Below are positions 18,531 to 27,232 of a DNA stretch of 64,000 nucleotides, piece after piece (the first letter of the stretch is position 1; every line of letters starts with the position of its first letter). Both the position numbers and the translations under genes were made by a program. The stretch spans positions 32,001 to 96,000 of the forward strand of contig CAWAAX010000011.1 in assembly GCA_963780225.1 (NCBI GenBank). The letters run 5' to 3'. The DNA is from an uncultured bacterium. GTDB lineage: Bacteria > Edwardsbacteria > AC1 > EtOH8. Under the pieces are notes generated by a model, which had not been told where the DNA came from, did not search any database, and saw only the letters and a program-made list of their open reading frames with translations.

Positions 18531-19196
18531 TTATGCCTTCATCGCAAAAACAAATAACGTATCATCCTCGCTTAGCTTCCCGCCATTCAATTCCTTTTTC
18601 AAACCAGCCAGCCGTTCCAACCAATATTCTTTTCTTTTGCTTTTCTCTGCAAAATAATCAAATTGCTCGAAATACTCAACAAATTCAATGCTTTGGTCGG
18701 ACTTGACCATCCGGCTTTCGTATTCAATCCCGCGTGAAGTGAAATATTCCCGCAAGGCCTCCGGCGCGTGGTGTTTGTAATGCGGATAGCCTATTTCTTT
18801 TTGTAACTCCAGAAATAAGTTTTGAGCCGCTATTGTATTCCGTTTTTCTTCGCTTCTGGGATCATCTATAGGCTCTTCAATGCAAATATGCTTGGAGGAA
18901 ACCCTTGTCATTTCATTTAAGACATCCGACCATTCCAGGATGTGGTGCAGGGAGGCCCTTTCAAGCACCAGGTCAAAACTGTTTTCCGGATATTTGATGT
19001 TTCCGGCATCCATGCAGACAAAATCAACGTTGGATAGCTGGTTTTCCCTTTTGCACCGGTCGATCAGGGGTCGGGAAGAATCAATGGCCGTAATATGTCC
19101 GCAATACGGCGCTATTTTTGCCGTAAAACTACCGCAACCGCAGCCGACGTCCAATATTTTTGCTGGGATTAGCGATTTTATTTTACTTATTAACAT
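18531..19196 (-). CDS. Class I SAM-dependent methyltransferase
   Basis: ILDVGCGCG, AIDSS, YPENSFDLV, SLHH. Confidence 0.88.
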   Translation of the reverse strand: MLISKIKSLIPAKILDVGCGCGSFTAKIAPYCGHITAIDSSRPLIDRCKRENQLSNVDFVCMDAGNIKYPENSFDLVLERASLHHILEWSDVLNEMTRVSSKHICIEEPIDDPRSEEKRNTIAAQNLFLELQKEIGYPHYKHHAPEALREYFTSRGIEYESRMVKSDQSIEFVEYFEQFDYFAEKSKRKEYWLERLAGLKKELNGGKLSEDDTLFVFAMKA

Positions 19197-19277
19197 AACT
19201 TAATAGATTTTTGAATGTAACCCAAACGAGTCTTTTGTTATTCTTGTGATAGATAAACCCTTTTGTTGGACGACAAG

Positions 19278-20165
19278 CTAAGTGCAATCTTCTTTATAAA
19301 CCACATTAAAAGGCTCTAATGTTTTAATAATGTAATCAAGGGGCTTTAAATCTAAAATCGTTTTTGTTGTATTATAAACACACCAGAATAAAAATTCATC
19401 ATATTCAATAATTATCGAATACTCAACATTATCGGTTAATTGCGGTGTTTTTACATTTCTTTCGATTATACGATAAATAATGTTAGTTGCCTCCTTGGGA
19501 AGGTCGTACTTTTTATATTCTATGGTTGATTTTGGGTACGCCTTTTTTGTGTTTCGTTCGTGTAATTTTATAAAATATTTTAAATAGTCTTTTTTGTACA
19601 ATTTACCAGTGGGATCCTTTTTGGGTTCTATATTGACATACATAAAACTTTTATCATTATCCAAAGAACTTATATATGCAAGTGTATTTCTATTGCTTTT
19701 TGTGCCGTCTATAAACCAAGAGGGTGGCGTGGACAATAAAACCCCGTATGACCCTCGATATATTATTGCACCGTTTCCTGGGTAGCCGTTTAACTCAAAC
19801 ATGCTCATAATATCAAGTTGAATTTCGGGTGAGTTATTGTTCTTAGCTCTATGATACGCAGCTTCTGAATATCCTTTATTTGTAATCAATACCCCCTTAT
19901 TAATCTTTAAATCTTGCATCATCCCGATAAAGCTATCAACATCTTTTACGTCAATACATTTTGAATAATATTTGCAATCTATTGCAATATTTATTTCATA
20001 TGAAGCAATATTTCTAGAAACTAAAATATCAATTTGTCTCTCAATCTTTGATAAATACCCTTTTAGCTTTACATTATGTTCAATTTTGCAATCTGGGTAT
20101 AGCTCTTGAAATTTTTTCGCTATTATCTTTTCATAGTTTTTCCAACCCATAAACATACCCTTCAT
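19278..20165 (-). CDS. Mrr-like PD-(D/E)xK restriction endonuclease domain protein, AT-rich
   Basis: YE..IA..F...RQIDIL...IAIDCKYY....DV.DVDSF.GM..D...NKGVLIT.KGYS.AA; visibly lower GC than the flanks. Confidence 0.78.
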   Translation of the reverse strand: MKGMFMGWKNYEKIIAKKFQELYPDCKIEHNVKLKGYLSKIERQIDILVSRNIASYEINIAIDCKYYSKCIDVKDVDSFIGMMQDLKINKGVLITNKGYSEAAYHRAKNNNSPEIQLDIMSMFELNGYPGNGAIIYRGSYGVLLSTPPSWFIDGTKSNRNTLAYISSLDNDKSFMYVNIEPKKDPTGKLYKKDYLKYFIKLHERNTKKAYPKSTIEYKKYDLPKEATNIIYRIIERNVKTPQLTDNVEYSIIIEYDEFLFWCVYNTTKTILDLKPLDYIIKTLEPFNVVYKEDCT

Positions 20166-20229
20166 TTATTTGTGCGCAGTATAAACTGGTTATTAACTTT
20201 CCGCCTCTACAGTTTATAGTAGCATCCTG

Positions 20230-21336
20230 TCACTCCACCTTCACCAACTCATACTTCCTGCTCCCCAGCCCCATCTTCTCCGCATGCTCCAGCTGCCAGG
20301 CCCAGTCCACCTCCGCGTAAATATCCCTAAACTTGTCGCTGCCCGGTTTATGCGCCTTCTCCAGCGCCGAGTTCTTGTTCCCCCCGGCCTGCATCACCAG
20401 GTCGTTGCTTGCCGCGTCAATGGCCACCGGGTCAAGCGACCCGCAGATGCCCAGGTCCGGCACAATGGGGTTGTCGGCGTGGCCGTAGCAGTCGCAGGCC
20501 GGCGAGACGTTCATGATGAAATTCAGGTAGCCGATCTTGCCCTTCTTGTTCTGGGCAAACCCGGCCAGGTACTCCGCCATCTTCTCCTGCATCTTCTGGG
20601 CCCCGGTGTCCCAGCCGTTGCGGGCGGCGTGGGTGGGGCAGACCACGATGCACGAGCCGCAGCCGATGCACTTCTTGGGATCTATCACGGCGTATTTGTC
20701 TATGGCAATGGCATCGGCCGGGCAGTTCTCGGCGCACTTGCCGCAGGCTATGCACTTCTCGGCCTTGATCACGGGCGTGACGTCGGAATGCATGGCCAGC
20801 TTGCCGCCCCGGGCTCCCCCGCCCATCCCCAGGTTCTTGATGGACCCGCCAAATCCCGCCAGCTCGTGACCCTTAAAGTGGGTGACGCAGACGATGGCGT
20901 CGGCCTTGTATAGGTCGTGGGCCAGCTTCACTTTCTTCAGGTGGGTGCCGTTGACCGCTACTTCGACATACGCCCCGCCCCGCAGGCCGTCGGCGATCAT
21001 CACCGGGCATCCCAGCGAAGAGTAGGTGAACCCGTGCTGGTGGGCCGTCTCCAGATGGTCGACCGAGTTGGAGCGGCTGCCCACGTACAGGGTGTTGGCA
21101 TCGGTGACGAAGGGCTTGGCCCCCAGCTCTTTTATCTTGTCCACCACCGCCCGCACAAAGTGCGGCTGAACGAAGGCGGTGTTGCCCCGCTCGCCAAAGT
21201 GAACCTTGACCGCCACCAGTTCGCCCTTGGCCGCGACTTTGGAAAGCGGCATCTGGTCCATGATGTCAGCCAGCTTGGCGTAGATGTTGCGCTGGGACGA
21301 TTCGCTAAAATCGGAAAAGTAAACCTTGCTGGACAT
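20230..21336 (-). CDS. DUF362 family protein with 2x[4Fe-4S] domain
   Basis: KVHFGERGN, TDANTLY, THFKGHELAGFGGSIKNLGMG, two ferredoxin motifs, SPACDC; AGGAGG RBS before ATG at 21336. Confidence 0.9.
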   Translation of the reverse strand: MSSKVYFSDFSESSQRNIYAKLADIMDQMPLSKVAAKGELVAVKVHFGERGNTAFVQPHFVRAVVDKIKELGAKPFVTDANTLYVGSRSNSVDHLETAHQHGFTYSSLGCPVMIADGLRGGAYVEVAVNGTHLKKVKLAHDLYKADAIVCVTHFKGHELAGFGGSIKNLGMGGGARGGKLAMHSDVTPVIKAEKCIACGKCAENCPADAIAIDKYAVIDPKKCIGCGSCIVVCPTHAARNGWDTGAQKMQEKMAEYLAGFAQNKKGKIGYLNFIMNVSPACDCYGHADNPIVPDLGICGSLDPVAIDAASNDLVMQAGGNKNSALEKAHKPGSDKFRDIYAEVDWAWQLEHAEKMGLGSRKYELVKVE

Positions 21337-21363
21337 ATTTTGTCCTCCTAATTGCAATTGCCA

Positions 21364-21397
21364 CCCCTCTCCGCAACGGAGAGGGGCAGGGGAGAGG
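21364..21397. repeat. REP-like palindrome
   Basis: CCCCTCTCC-GCAAC-GGAGAGGGG followed by CAGGGGAGAGG in a short intergenic gap. Confidence 0.6.
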
Positions 21398-21402
21398 TCT
21401 GC

Positions 21403-21921
21403 CTAACCACGGGTAGGGGTCAAGACTTTTAGATACAATATCCCCGAGACCACTACCATTACCACCGAACCATACAGCAGATACAACCCCCAGGGCTGCC
21501 AGTTCAACGAATAGCATATTATGGTGGCCGCCATTAAGGTTACCGCCCACTTGCCCGGCCAGTTGGAAACCGGCACCACCTTCCTCTTTTTCATTATGAA
21601 CAAGCCCCCGACCACAATCATCAAATCCCTTGCCACAATCAGAACTGCCGCCCACAGCGGAAAGCCCCGCCACAGCCACAGCGCCATGGTCAGGGTATTG
21701 ACGCAGATCTTGTCGGCCAGGGGATCCAGTATCTTTCCCGAATCCGTGACCTGCCCCAGCCGGCGGGCAAAGAACCCGTCGAAGTAGTCGGTCAACACGG
21801 CCAGAAACAGCAAGACCAGCAACAGCCAGTTCTGGTTGTATTTCAGACAAAGCACGATGAACGGCAGCAGCGCCACCCGTGCCAGCGAGAGGATATTGGG
21901 AAAGTTGAGGTTTTTGTTCAT
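21403..21921 (-). CDS. CDP-alcohol phosphatidyltransferase (PgsA-like)
   Basis: PNILSLAR, DYFDGFFARR...G.ILDPLADK, IVARD. Confidence 0.9.
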   Translation of the reverse strand: MNKNLNFPNILSLARVALLPFIVLCLKYNQNWLLLVLLFLAVLTDYFDGFFARRLGQVTDSGKILDPLADKICVNTLTMALWLWRGFPLWAAVLIVARDLMIVVGGLFIMKKRKVVPVSNWPGKWAVTLMAATIICYSLNWQPWGLYLLYGSVVMVVVSGILYLKVLTPTRG

Positions 21922-22106
21922 AACGGATAAGTTTAACCTTAGCCTGCCGTAAAGTCAAGAAAAAATGGAATTCTGGCCGGCAACGGAAATGGCCCCGGAT
22001 CGCAGTTTTTGGGAACCAGGTTTTGTGAAAAAGCATCTAATTATATTAGGCCCCACGCCGGCCATATGCCGTTGTGCTGTTTTTTGTTGATTGATAAGTT
22101 TTATCG

Positions 22107-22135
22107 TTGACAAAATACTAATCTTTTGCTATGCT
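22107..22135 (+). promoter_or_regulatory. sigma70 promoter of tRNA-Leu
   Basis: TTGACA-17 nt-TATGCT ending 15 nt before the tRNA. Confidence 0.65.
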
Positions 22136-22150
22136 TAGATAAATATATCC

Positions 22151-22237
22151 GCCGGCGTGGTGAAACTGGTAGACGCAGTGGACTCAAAATCCACCGGTAG
22201 CAATACCATGGGGGTTCGATTCCCTCCGCCGGCACCA
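22151..22237 (+). tRNA. tRNA-Leu (CAA)
   Basis: GCCGGCG/CGCCGGC acceptor stem, GTGGA-CTCAAAA-TCCAC anticodon arm, long variable arm, GGTTCGATTCC T arm, encoded CCA. Confidence 0.96.
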
Positions 22238-22495
22238 AATGTACTCCCTGCTTGACAATAGTCCGCCGTAGGCGGGCACCATCTTATTACAAGTATTTCA
22301 ATCATAATACCCTGAATAAGCCTGGCTGCCTACAATGCTTGTGGGGGTTCTGCGCCGGCAGCAATTCATGGCATCCTCGCGACGGCGCATCCGCCGCCGC
22401 CCGGCAAGATAGCCCGACTGCTGGCGGAGATTCCCTCCGCCGGCACCAAATGTACTCCCTGCTTGACAATAGTCCGCCGTAGGCGGGCACCATCT
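22218..22495 (+). repeat. 67-bp perfect direct repeat of the tRNA-Leu 3' end and trailer (22218-22284 / 22429-22495)
   Basis: GATTCCCTCCGCCGGCACCAAATGTACTCCCTGCTTGACAATAGTCCGCCGTAGGCGGGCACCATCT occurs twice. Confidence 0.95.
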
Positions 22496-22653
22496 CATAA
22501 CCAAGAACTTGGACAGTAATCCGCCGAAGCAAAAGCGCACAAGGGAGCTTTAGCGTAGGCGGGCACCACACCATAATCCCTGCCGGGCAGTAGCCCCGCC
22601 ACCGGCGGGACACCATCCCATTACTATTGACCTTACAAACAACAGCAGCATAT

Positions 22654-23733
22654 ATGACCAACGGCCATCCTCAACTTCCCCAGATGGACCAGCTCCTGGA
22701 GGAACTGGTCCTGCGCGAAGCCTCCGACCTGCATTTGCGGGTGGGCGAGGCTCCCATTTACCGGATCGGCGGCAAGCTGGTGCGCAGCGAGTTCCCGGTA
22801 ATGGCGGAAGAGGATACCAAAAGCCTGCTTTATTCCATCATGACCGAAGAGCAACAGCGCCGCTACGAAAAGGACCTGGAGTTGGATTTTGCCTTCGGCC
22901 TGGCCGGGGTGGCCCGGTTCCGCATCAACATTTTCCGGCAGCGGGGCTATGTGGGGGCCATCATGCGGGTAATACCCTTAAAGATCAGGACCTTGGAAGA
23001 ATGGAAGCTTCCGCTGATATTAAAAGAATTGGCGCTGCTTCCCCGGGGATTGATACTGATCACCGGACCCACCGGCAGTGGCAAATCCACCACCCTGGCG
23101 GCCATGGTGGAGCATATCAACAACAACCGCCGCACCCACTTGATCACGCTGGAAGATCCCATCGAGTTTTTATATAAGGACAACCTGGCCATCATCGAAC
23201 AGCGCGAGGTGGGCGCCGACACCCCCAGTTTCGCCTCCGGCCTGCGCCATGTGATGCGCCAGAACCCCGACGTGATACTGGTGGGCGAGATGCGCAACTA
23301 TGAGACCATGTCCCTGGCCATCGCCGCGGCCGAGACCGGACACCTGGTGCTGGCCACTCTTCACACCACCGACGCCGCCCAGACTGTGGACCGGATCATC
23401 AACACCTACCCGCCGGAATCACAGTCCCAGGCCCGGGTTCAGTTGGCCACGGTGCTTCAGGCTGTAATCTCCCAAGCCTTGTTGCCGGCGATAGGCGGCC
23501 ACAAACTGGTAGGAGCTTTTGAAATAATGCTGGGCACTCCGGCCGTCCGCAGCATCATCCGGGACGGCAAGACACCCCAGATCTATTCCCTGATCCAGAC
23601 CGGATCCAAGTTCGGGATGCAAAGCCTGGATTCCGCCCTGAAGGAACTGGTGACCAGCGGGCAGGTCACCCTGGAGGATGCTCTGGCCAAATCATCCAAT
23701 CCTACCGAACTGGAAACCTCCATCGGCCGATAA
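22654..23733 (+). CDS. pilT: Type IV pilus retraction ATPase PilT family
   Basis: ASDLHL, GPTGSGKSTT, TLEDPIE, QREVG, PDVILVGEMR, AAETGHLVLATLHT, AVRSIIRD. Confidence 0.92.
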   Translation: MTNGHPQLPQMDQLLEELVLREASDLHLRVGEAPIYRIGGKLVRSEFPVMAEEDTKSLLYSIMTEEQQRRYEKDLELDFAFGLAGVARFRINIFRQRGYVGAIMRVIPLKIRTLEEWKLPLILKELALLPRGLILITGPTGSGKSTTLAAMVEHINNNRRTHLITLEDPIEFLYKDNLAIIEQREVGADTPSFASGLRHVMRQNPDVILVGEMRNYETMSLAIAAAETGHLVLATLHTTDAAQTVDRIINTYPPESQSQARVQLATVLQAVISQALLPAIGGHKLVGAFEIMLGTPAVRSIIRDGKTPQIYSLIQTGSKFGMQSLDSALKELVTSGQVTLEDALAKSSNPTELETSIGR

Positions 23734-23842
23734 TGCGGCCTGTGACTAGAACTATCATCCCCATTTCCCATTTTTCGCCCTCCTATTTAATTGTTCTCCC
23801 TTTTCCTATTTGCCCATTTCCCATTTATTTAATTGAGAAAAG

Positions 23843-24925
23843 ATGCAACTGGCCGAATTACTATATCTGACCTTTCAAAAAGGTGCTTCCGATCTGATCC
23901 TCAAGGTTGGCACTCAGCCAGCCTTAAGGCTTCAGGGCAATCTGGAGCCGGTGGACCTGCCGGTGCTGACCTCGGAGGACACCAAGCGCTTTGCTGTGGA
24001 CATTATGACCAAGGAGCAGCTGGAGCGTTTTCGCCGGGAGCGGGAGCTGGACATGGCCTGCTCCATCGCCAATCTTTGCCGTTTCCGGGCCTCGGTGTTC
24101 TTCCAGAGGAACGAGTTCGGGCTGGTGTTCCGGGTGGTCCCCAACCGGATCCCCACCGTGGACGAACTAAACCTTCCCATCGTCTGCAAAAACCTGGCCA
24201 TGCGCCCCCGGGGCCTGATATTAGTTACCGGTCCGGCCGGCTGTGGTAAGTCCACCACCATCGCCGCCATGGTGGAGACCCGCAACACCAACCAGGACTG
24301 CCATATCGTCACCATCGAGGATCCCATCGAGTTCATCTATCAGGATAAAAAGGCCGAGATCAACCAGCGGGAAGTGGGCAAGGACACCCACAGCTTCGCC
24401 AATGCCTTAAAAAGCGTGCTGCGCCAGGACCCGGATATGATCGTGATCGGCGAGATGCGCGACCTGGAGACCATCCAGCTGGCCATTACCGCAGCCGAGA
24501 CCGGGCATCTGGTGCTCTCTACCTTGCATACTACAGATTCCATGCAGACCATAGACCGGATCGTGGAGGTCTTTCCGCCCCACCAGCAGGCCCAGGTGCG
24601 GGTACAGATCTCGGGCAATCTGCTGGCTGTGCTCTCCCAGGTCCTGCCCAAACGGGCCGACGGCAAGGGCCGGATAGTGGCCTATGAACTGATGCTGATC
24701 AATAGCGCCATCCGTAATTTGATCCGCGAAGGCAAGACCAGCCAGATCCCCTCGGCCATCCAGATGGGCACCAAGCAGGGCATGATGCCTTTGAACCATT
24801 CCCTGGCCGACCTGGTGCGCCGCCGTCTGATCACCCTGGACGAAGCCTTGATCCATACCGACAACCAGGACGATTTGAAGAATAACATGTCCCGTGCGGC
24901 TGCCCCGGTGCCGCCGGCAAAATAA
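23843..24925 (+). CDS. pilT: Second PilT/PilU family ATPase
   Basis: GPAGCGKSTT, TIEDPIE, LRQDPD, ETGHLVLSTLHT, AIRNLIRE. Confidence 0.9.
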   Translation: MQLAELLYLTFQKGASDLILKVGTQPALRLQGNLEPVDLPVLTSEDTKRFAVDIMTKEQLERFRRERELDMACSIANLCRFRASVFFQRNEFGLVFRVVPNRIPTVDELNLPIVCKNLAMRPRGLILVTGPAGCGKSTTIAAMVETRNTNQDCHIVTIEDPIEFIYQDKKAEINQREVGKDTHSFANALKSVLRQDPDMIVIGEMRDLETIQLAITAAETGHLVLSTLHTTDSMQTIDRIVEVFPPHQQAQVRVQISGNLLAVLSQVLPKRADGKGRIVAYELMLINSAIRNLIREGKTSQIPSAIQMGTKQGMMPLNHSLADLVRRRLITLDEALIHTDNQDDLKNNMSRAAAPVPPAK

Positions 24926-25030
24926 TCTACCGGTTAAAACTTTTTTCTGATAAATGATCATTCACCAAGGTCGGATTTTCCGGCCTTTTGCTTTTTATTG
25001 ACGAAGCTTGATATGCCGGATATTTTTATT

Positions 25031-25081
25031 AGGAATCCCAGCCTGCGCTAAAGCTACGGCTGACAGGCATGAAACCAGGAA
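25031..25081 (-). repeat. Dispersed copy of the core of the 1282-1555 repeat unit
   Basis: Minus strand TTCCTGGTTTCATG-CCTGTCAGCCGTAGCTTTAGCGCAGGCTGG-GATTCCT aligns with 1327-1377. Confidence 0.7.
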
Positions 25082-25209
25082 ATATATTATTTGACTTTCG
25101 TTTTTTTTAGAAGCAAACTCTCTCACCCCTGCTTGCCTCTTTCCCGGTTCCCCGTTCCAATTTCCTATTTAACTATTTCCCATTTATTAATTTATTTACT
25201 ATTTATTTA

Positions 25210-26403
25210 ATGAAGCCTTCCCGCTACAATCACCTCATCCGGCGCCGGGGCCGGTCCCAGCTGCTATACAACTGCGTCCGGCGGAGCTTTTTGCCACTGG
25301 ACCAGGTGCAGGCGGCCATCTACGGCGGCCTGCAGATGCCCATCACTCGCAACCTGATGAATTTCAAGGACCCGGCGGTGGAGCAGACCATGCAGCTGCT
25401 GACCGAGGGCGGCTTCCTGGCCGAGGAGCAGGCCGACGAAATTTTGGAGCTGGAGCTGAGCTCCAATCTTTTCCGCTTCTCTCCCCGGCGGCTTGACCTG
25501 TGGATCGGTTTGACCACCCGCTGCGAACTGGACTGCCCCGGCTGCCCCTATCGCGAAAAATCACAAGACCTGAGCCCCCGGGCCGTCGAAGAAATCAAGT
25601 CCCTGGTGCTGGAGCGCCCGGGACTTAAGGAACTTTCGGTGACCTTTTGGGGCGGCGAACCGGCCCTGGCCTGGCCCCTGGCTCTGGAGCTGAAAGAATG
25701 GTTGGATGAAACCTGCCGGAAACTGAACGCTCATGCGGTTTACAATGTGATCACCAACGGGGGGCCCGGCCATCTGCCGGCGATCGTCAAGGACAAGCAG
25801 AATAGACCGGACCTGCTGTTCATCAACCTAAGGTCGGGTGAAACGGTGAACGACCCCTCGCTCCGGGCAGTTTACCTGACCAGCCTGGCCGGATTGGGCG
25901 AAAGCCGGGACAAACTGCTCCCTTCGGCGGCGCTTAAGCTGATCCCCGGAAAACCTTCGGAAAAACTCTGCCGCAACCTGGCCGGGTTCTGCCAGAGCGC
26001 CCCCCGGTTCAGCGACGAAGAAACGGATGTCTTGAAATATTTGGTAACTTCGGGGTTTGAGATCCTGAACCTGCCCCGGCCCAAGCCGGTTTGCTGCCAG
26101 GCCGCTGACCCCCAGAGTTTCATCGTGGATCCGGAGGGCAACATTTACAAATGCTGGAACGACGTGGGACGGCCGGAGAACCGGATCAATGAAAAAATGA
26201 ATGATCCCTTCTCCCCGCAATTGTTCAAATGGATGGCCTGGAACCCTTACCGCCAGCAGCATTGCCGGATCTGCGGACTGCTGCCCTGGTGCCTGGGCGG
26301 TTGCCTGGACCAGCCCCCCGACGAGGACTGCGGACTTTGGCATTACTCCCGGAATGATATTTTAAAGTTGCTGGCGGCCGGACATGAAAAACGGACGAAG
26401 TAA
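25210..26403 (+). CDS. Radical SAM/SPASM domain protein (divergent)
   Basis: MKPSRYN N-terminus, CELDCPGC (CxxxCxxC), FWGGEP, ITNG; SPASM C...DPEGNIYKC...CRICGLLPWCLGGC...C. Confidence 0.82.
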   Translation: MKPSRYNHLIRRRGRSQLLYNCVRRSFLPLDQVQAAIYGGLQMPITRNLMNFKDPAVEQTMQLLTEGGFLAEEQADEILELELSSNLFRFSPRRLDLWIGLTTRCELDCPGCPYREKSQDLSPRAVEEIKSLVLERPGLKELSVTFWGGEPALAWPLALELKEWLDETCRKLNAHAVYNVITNGGPGHLPAIVKDKQNRPDLLFINLRSGETVNDPSLRAVYLTSLAGLGESRDKLLPSAALKLIPGKPSEKLCRNLAGFCQSAPRFSDEETDVLKYLVTSGFEILNLPRPKPVCCQAADPQSFIVDPEGNIYKCWNDVGRPENRINEKMNDPFSPQLFKWMAWNPYRQQHCRICGLLPWCLGGCLDQPPDEDCGLWHYSRNDILKLLAAGHEKRTK

Positions 26404-26446
26404 AAACTTCGTCCGTTTTTTCTGGATTTTCTGATTGAAGGCCCCG

Positions 26447-27154
26447 TCACTTCTCCCCGGTCCGGGCCATCAGGGTTAAATAGGTCTTGGCCCTTAAATT
26501 CCCGGGATCCTTGGCCAGACAGATCTGCCACTGTTTGCGGGCTTTTTCTTTCTGCCCGTTTTTCAAATAGGCCACCCCCAGGAATATAATGGCCTCGATG
26601 TAATCGGGGTGGGACCTGGTCAGCGTTTCCAGTTCTTCGATGGCCATGTAATACTGCTCCAGGTTCAAGTGGGTCTTGGCCAGCTTCAGTTGAACATCGT
26701 GGTGGTGGGGATTGAGCTTGAGCGCCTTTTGGTACTCCTCGGCTCCTTCGGTATTATACCCAATGTCACAATAAGTATCGCCCAGTTCGGCATGGGCCGA
26801 AGATAATTTATTACGGGTGCCGGTGGTCATCCCGCCCTTGATATCCTCGGCCTCGGTGGCCTGACTGAAAAAGGAGACCGCCTCTTCGTAACGGCCCAGC
26901 TCGTTTAAGGTGATGGCGATGTTCAGGTGGGCCTCCACATACCGGGGATTAAGCCTGATGGCCTGTTTAAAGGTCTTGATGGCCAGTTCGTATTCCCCGT
27001 TCAGGTGATAAGATAGGCCCAGATGATTGTACAGGTCTGCAAAATTGGGAGCAATCTTGATGGCTTTTTTAAATTCCTGGATGGCCTCGCCGAACCGCCC
27101 CTTGGCATAAAGCTCGCGGCCTTGCTGTCCATGTCTTTCGCTTTCAAAGTCCAT
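26447..27154 (-). CDS. Tetratricopeptide repeat protein
   Basis: Repeated A..F.KAI.L.P.Y..AH..LG motifs. Confidence 0.88.
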   Translation of the reverse strand: MDFESERHGQQGRELYAKGRFGEAIQEFKKAIKIAPNFADLYNHLGLSYHLNGEYELAIKTFKQAIRLNPRYVEAHLNIAITLNELGRYEEAVSFFSQATEAEDIKGGMTTGTRNKLSSAHAELGDTYCDIGYNTEGAEEYQKALKLNPHHHDVQLKLAKTHLNLEQYYMAIEELETLTRSHPDYIEAIIFLGVAYLKNGQKEKARKQWQICLAKDPGNLRAKTYLTLMARTGEK

Positions 27155-27232
27155 TTTCTTTCCTTATATTTGTTCCCAGATGCCATAAAGATACGAAATC
27201 TCAAGCCAAAAGTCAAGGGAAATCATGTTTCC

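Noticed and set aside
22218..22495. attL/attR of an intact prophage or genomic island
   Set aside because: The repeats are only 211 bp apart (112 bp at tRNA-Ala) with no integrase or cargo between them; at most a scar.
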